NCBI GenBank assembly: GCA_963798085.1
Contig: CAWCRS010000007.1
Span: 544,001 to 608,000, forward strand
Reading direction: 5' to 3'
From: an uncultured Gemmatimonadales bacterium
Lineage (GTDB): Bacteria; Gemmatimonadota; Gemmatimonadetes; Longimicrobiales; RSA9
DNA: 64,000 nt
How positions within the stretch are numbered: position 1 is the first letter of the stretch; each line of letters opens with the position of its first letter. This document shows, in pieces, positions 58,711 through 64,000 of the stretch. Position numbers and translations under genes: made by a program. Under the pieces are notes generated by a model. The model saw nothing but the letters and a program-made list of their open reading frames with translations, ran no database searches and was not told the origin of the DNA.

Positions 58711-61368
58711 GTTCGCGCGCACACCTGCACGCGCTCGTTGTGCTCTGCGCTGCGATCACCCTGGTGCCGATCGCGGCTCCGGCCTGCGCGCAGCGCAGCG
58801 GCACGCAATGATGCGTACGCGGCGTACGCGAGCGGCGACTACGATGGCGCCATCAGCGCGCTGCGCCAGATCGTGCAGAACACGCCCGCGGATGTGCGCG
58901 CACGCCGCACGCTGGTAGCCGTACTGGCGGAAACAGGCCATTACGACGATGCGGAAGCCGCCGCGCGCGCCAGCCCATCGCCGGAGCTGGCCAATGCGCT
59001 GGGCCAGGTCCTGTACGCGCGCGGCCGGCTGGATGATGCCGCGGCCGCGTTCCAGCGCGCAGTGCAGGGCAGGGCGTCCGACGCCAACACGGCGAAGCTG
59101 AATCTCGCGCTGCTCGATCTGGATCGCGGGCGCACCGAACCGGCACTCGACGGGTTCGACACGTTCATCGATCTGTACAACAATGCGGGTCAGCTCGCGG
59201 CCCGCGACCTGATCGCCGTGGGCGAAGCCGTGCGCCATCTGGGCGTGCGCGATCCGCAGCTCTTCAAGGATGCCATCAAGGCATTCGACGAAGCCATCAA
59301 GGCGGACAGCGGCACCATCGACGGCACCCCGGCCGCCGTCGAGGCCCGCATCCGCATGGGCAACCTCTTCCTCGACAAGTACAGCAGCACGGATGCACAG
59401 CCACTGTTCCGCGAGGTGCTGGCGGACAATCCGAAGCAGCCGGATGCTCTGCTGGGGATGGCGAAGGCGAAGAATTTCGACGGCTCTGCGGAATCCCTCG
59501 ATCTGGTGGACAGGAGCCTGCAGAGCAATCCTAACAGCGTGCCAGCACTGGTATTCAAGGCCAGGCTGCAGCTGGACCTGGAACGGCCGGAGGAAGCCAG
59601 GGCCAGTATCGACAAGGCGCTGGCCGTGAATCCGAACTCGCTGGAAGCACTCGCGGCACGCGCCACGGCCGCGTTCCTCGCCGGCGACGACGCCGCCTTC
59701 AACAGCACGCGCGATCAGATTCTCGGGCTCGATCCGGCGTACGCAGACCTGTACGATCAGGTGGCCGAGCTGGCCGTGCGCCAGCGCCGTTACGCGGGCG
59801 CCGTCGATCTGGCGACACGCGCAGTGACGCTCGATGCTCGCGACTGGGCGGGCTGGGGCACGCTGGGCCTGAACCAGCTGCGCCTGGGCAAAGTCGATGA
59901 CGCGCGCGCAAGTCTCGAGAAGTCGTTCGCGGGCGACCCCTACAATCCCTGGATCAAGAACACGCTCGACCTGCTCGACACGTTCGGGCAGTACCGCATT
60001 GTGAAGACGCCGCACTTCGAGCTGATGCTGCACGCGGACGAGGCGGATCTGCTGGCGCCCTACGCCATTGCGCTGCTCGATGAAGCGTACGACAAGCTGA
60101 GCGCGCGCTACGGCTACGCGCCGCCTACGCCCATACGCGTCGAGGTGTACCCGCACCACGCGGACTTCTCCGTGCGCACCGTGGGGCTCGCGGGTCTGGG
60201 CGCGCTGGGCGTCTGTTTCGGCCCGGTGCTGGCCATCGATTCACCGGCCGCCCGCGATGAAGGCCAGTTCAACTGGGGCTCCACGCTGTGGCACGAGCTG
60301 ACGCACTCGGTCACGCTCGGGCTGTCGCAGCATCGCGTGCCCCGCTGGTTCACCGAAGGCCTGTCCGTGCTGGAGGAGCGCCGCGCCCGCCCCGGCTGGG
60401 GCGATGACCTGACGCCGGAATTCATCGCCGCCTACAAGCGCGGCGACATGCTGCCCGTGAGCCGGCTGTCGGAGGGTTTCGTGCGGCCGAAGTTCCCCGA
60501 GCAGGTCGTGTTCGCGTACTACGAGGCGTCGCTGGTCGCACAGATGATCGAGGAGCAGCAGGGCTTTCCGAAGATCATCGCGATGCTCAAGGCGTATGGT
60601 GAGGGAAAGTCCGACCGGCAGGTAATCGAGAGCGTGGTGGGCCAGGCGCCCGATGCATTCGACAAGGCGTTCGATCAGTGGATCCGCCAGCGCTTCGCCA
60701 CGCAGTTCGGCGCCATCCGCGCGCAGAAGAGCGAATGGACCCGTGGCGCGCGTCATGGACTCGTTGCGCGGCGGCGAGCCTGCCGCTGATGACTTCGGTG
60801 CGCAGCTGGCCAAGGGGGACGAGCTGGTGAAGGACAGGAAGGACGCCGAAGCCAGGCCCTACCTGGAGAGGGCTAAGGCGCTGTTTCCCGAGTACGTGGC
60901 CGAGGGCAATGCCTACGAACTGCTCGCCGGCATCGACCAGCGCGCGGGCAACAATCGCGCGGCCGCTGACGAGCTGACCGCGCTCGCCGCCATCAACGAG
61001 AACGACTACGAGGCCAACCTGGCGCTGGCGTCGCTGCTGGAAGGCCTGAATGATCCGAAGGGCGCGGCCGCCGCGCTGGAGCGCGCCATCTGGATCTCGC
61101 CCTACGGCCCGGGCTGCACCAGAAGCTGGCGGCGCTGTCATGCGAAGCGGGTGACAGACAGGGTGTTATACGGGCGCGCCGGGCGCTGGTCGCGCTCGAC
61201 CCGGTGGACAAGGCGGAGGCGCTGTATCAGCTGGCCATGGCGTACTTCGATGCCGGCGACAGTGCCGGGGCGCGGCGCGAAGTGCTGCGCGCGCTCGAGA
61301 TCGCACCGGACTTCACCAGGGCGCAGCAGCTGCTCCTGCGCCTGCGTTCGGGCGGAGGCGCACCATGA
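58707..61368 (+). CDS. Secreted TPR protein with gluzincin (peptidase MA-like) domain; three apparent frameshifts (about 58794, 60734, 61104)
   Basis: Signal peptide from ATG 58707, many TPR helices, LWHELTH...VPRWFTEGL, AYYEAS, C-terminal TPRs ending RSGGGAP*. Confidence 0.82.
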
Positions 61369-62204
61369 TCGCGCGCGCGGCGGGTCTGCTGCTGGCCGGC
61401 TCGGCCAGCCTCCTGCTGAGCGCAGCGCCCGGCAGCCGCGCGCTGCGCCGTCATGCGCATGGCCCCAACCGGAACCGCGGCAGCGTCCGCCCCGCGTCAG
61501 GACTTCCCGTATCATCCGTACAACGCGAAGCTGGACGTTCATCCGTGTGCACACCAACGGCGGCGACCGCAGCATGCGCGGCTGCGGCCGGCGCTTCGAT
61601 CCCGGCTGGTACCACGACTACCCGGATGCGGATCGCAACCTGTCCCGAGATCATCGCCGAGCTGACCAACATATACACGACACTGGACGAGTACGGCGGC
61701 AACATCCTCACCTTCGATGATCCCCGACTGCTGCAGTTCCCCATCGCGTACGTGTCCGAGCCCGGCCAATGGAATGCGACCGACGAGCGAGGCGAAGGCC
61801 TGCGCGAGTACCTGCTCAAGGGCGGGTTCGTCATCTTCGACGACTTCGGCTCACGCGGCTACCGCGACGACATGTGCAATCTGGCCAACCAGATGAAGCG
61901 CGCTCTGCCCGGGCTGGACTGGATGCCGCTCGATGGCAGTGAAGCGATCTGGGACTCGTTCTTCACCATCGAGCAGGAAGAGATCGTGTTCACCGGCCCC
62001 GCCGCGTACCGCGGGCCCACGCCCGAGTTCTTCGGCCTGTTCCTGGACAACGACAGGAAGAAGCGCATGATCGCCATTGCCGGCAACAACGGTGACATTG
62101 GCGAATTCTGGGAATACTCCGACAAGGGCTGGTACCCGGTCGATCTGTCGAACGAAGCGTACAAGGTGGGGATCAACTACGTCATGTATCCGTACACACA
62201 CTGA
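61365..62204 (+). CDS. Second DUF4159 domain protein; three compensating apparent frameshifts (about 61445-61645)
   Basis: Alternate frames give QDFPYHPYNAK, TFIRV, WYHDYPDADRNL; main frame FPIAYVSEPG.W, LREYLLKGGFVIFDDF, GDIGEFWE, VGINYVMY. Confidence 0.83.
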   Translation: MIARAAGLLLAGSASLLLSAAPGSRALRRHAHGPNRNRGSVRPASGLPVSSVQREAGRSSVCTPTAATAACAAAAGASIPAGTTTTRMRIATCPEIIAELTNIYTTLDEYGGNILTFDDPRLLQFPIAYVSEPGQWNATDERGEGLREYLLKGGFVIFDDFGSRGYRDDMCNLANQMKRALPGLDWMPLDGSEAIWDSFFTIEQEEIVFTGPAAYRGPTPEFFGLFLDNDRKKRMIAIAGNNGDIGEFWEYSDKGWYPVDLSNEAYKVGINYVMYPYTH

Positions 62205-62237
62205 GAAGCAACGCAGTTCGAAACAGGGGAGCGCACC

Positions 62238-63293
<1,056 letters not shown>

Positions 63294-63306
63294 TGTGGAA
63301 CAGAAT

Positions 63307-63600
63307 CCCCGGAAACGTTTCTCGGGCTGGGGCTGGGAACGACATTGAGGATTGAGAATGAATGGGACCTGGAGTCCGGACATGCTGACAACGACGTTAG
63401 CAGAGCTTGCGCGGCGCAGCCACGCCCGGCAGCACGCGCACCGGTGCCAGCAACCAGAACCGCCAGGCAACGCCGTGAAGCCGTTCGCCCTGAATCCGTT
63501 GAACCCCGGCCCCAGCCCGAAATCCAGCCCCGGAAACGCCATCAGGCTGTTCGCCCTGAATGCGTTCAACCCCAGCCCCAGCCCGAGCCCCGGAAACGTT
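63307..63600. repeat. Composite repeat element between moxR and the DUF58 gene: 13-bp direct repeats enclosing 17-bp inverted repeats and two 60-66-bp tandem units
   Basis: CCCCGGAAACGTT at 63307-63319 and 63588-63600; CTCGGGCTGGGGCTGGG (63321-63337) / CCCAGCCCCAGCCCGAG (63571-63587); tandem units start at 63466 and 63532. Confidence 0.75.
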
Positions 63601-63629
63601 CCTGGGGAATCCGTTCGAGCAATGTTGCC

Positions 63630-64000
63630 ATGAGACTTTCCCACCACCACCAGGGCACCGTTCCGGGCGCGAGCTTCGTCGATCCGAAGGCGCTGGCGAG
63701 GATCGATAATCTGGAGTTGGTGGCAAAGTTCGTGGTGGATGGTTTCATCAACGGGCTGCACAAGTCGCCGTACCTGGGGCTGTCGCTGGATTTCGCGGAG
63801 CATCGCGCCTACATGCCGGGCGATGACATCCGCCGCATCGACTGGCGCCTCTACGCGCGCACCGACCGCTACTACGTGAAGGAATTCGAGGCGGACACCA
63901 ACGCCAATTTCACGGTGCTGCTGGATGTGTCGAAGTCGATGGCGTTCGGGATGAAGGGGCTGAGCAAGATCGACTACGCGCGTTTTCTGGGCGCCTCGCT
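63630..64000 (+). CDS. DUF58 domain protein (partial, runs off right edge)
   Basis: GLHKSPYLG.S.DFAEHRAYMPGDDIRRIDWRLYARTD.YYVKEFE, LLDVSKSM; not in ORF track. Confidence 0.93.
   Translation, partial: MRLSHHHQGTVPGASFVDPKALARIDNLELVAKFVVDGFINGLHKSPYLGLSLDFAEHRAYMPGDDIRRIDWRLYARTDRYYVKEFEADTNANFTVLLDVSKSMAFGMKGLSKIDYARFLGAS

Noticed and set aside
55423..62204. Programmed frameshifting or pseudogenisation of the MoxR-operon genes
   Set aside because: No shared slippery sequence, almost all +1, no nonsense codons, and the same pattern in unrelated genes; sequencing error is more economical, pending reads
63466..63600. Possible mini-CRISPR array
   Set aside because: Only two imperfect units, similar along their whole length with no unique spacers, and no cas genes in the window
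63352..63633. 93-aa ORF with repeated PGNA..FALN..NP.PSP peptide
   Set aside because: It is the translation of the DNA repeat element, with no recognisable domain; a real small protein cannot be fully excluded without expression data

Overview
High-GC bacterial chromosomal window. The gene repertoire points to Gemmatimonadota, with Acidobacteriota possible (inference): four ADOP-type orphan ABC permeases with two PadR regulators, a TIGR02999-type ECF sigma factor with a TPR Ser/Thr kinase, secreted peptidases with Gly/Arg-rich linkers, and VPS10/BNR and 6-bladed propeller proteins. In order: end of an EAL gene; TetR with a divergent lipocalin-like gene; M20 and M28 peptidases and a TolB-like propeller; PadR; tamB-tamA; VPS10/BNR protein; propeller lipoprotein; apparently catalytically dead alpha/beta-hydrolase; plug-only TonB-receptor-like protein; AraC, clpP, methyltransferase, NADP oxidoreductase, DinB; permease/PadR region with an S9 peptidase, TMEM175 and a small beta-barrel; FIST(NosP-like)-kinase-two response regulator operon behind a sigma-28-like promoter; M1 peptidase; deacylase, ECF, kinase and BNR lipoprotein; and a DUF4159/vWA/C13-like/TPR-peptidase/DUF4159/MoxR/DUF58 operon running off the right edge. 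Two non-coding inverted-repeat elements (19272-19473, 63307-63600) and a short dispersed repeat are present. About 16 single-base frameshifts, mostly +1, look like long-read sequencing error rather than gene decay. I saw no rRNA, tRNA, CRISPR array, transposase or phage gene. All family calls come from motif recognition by eye, without database searches.
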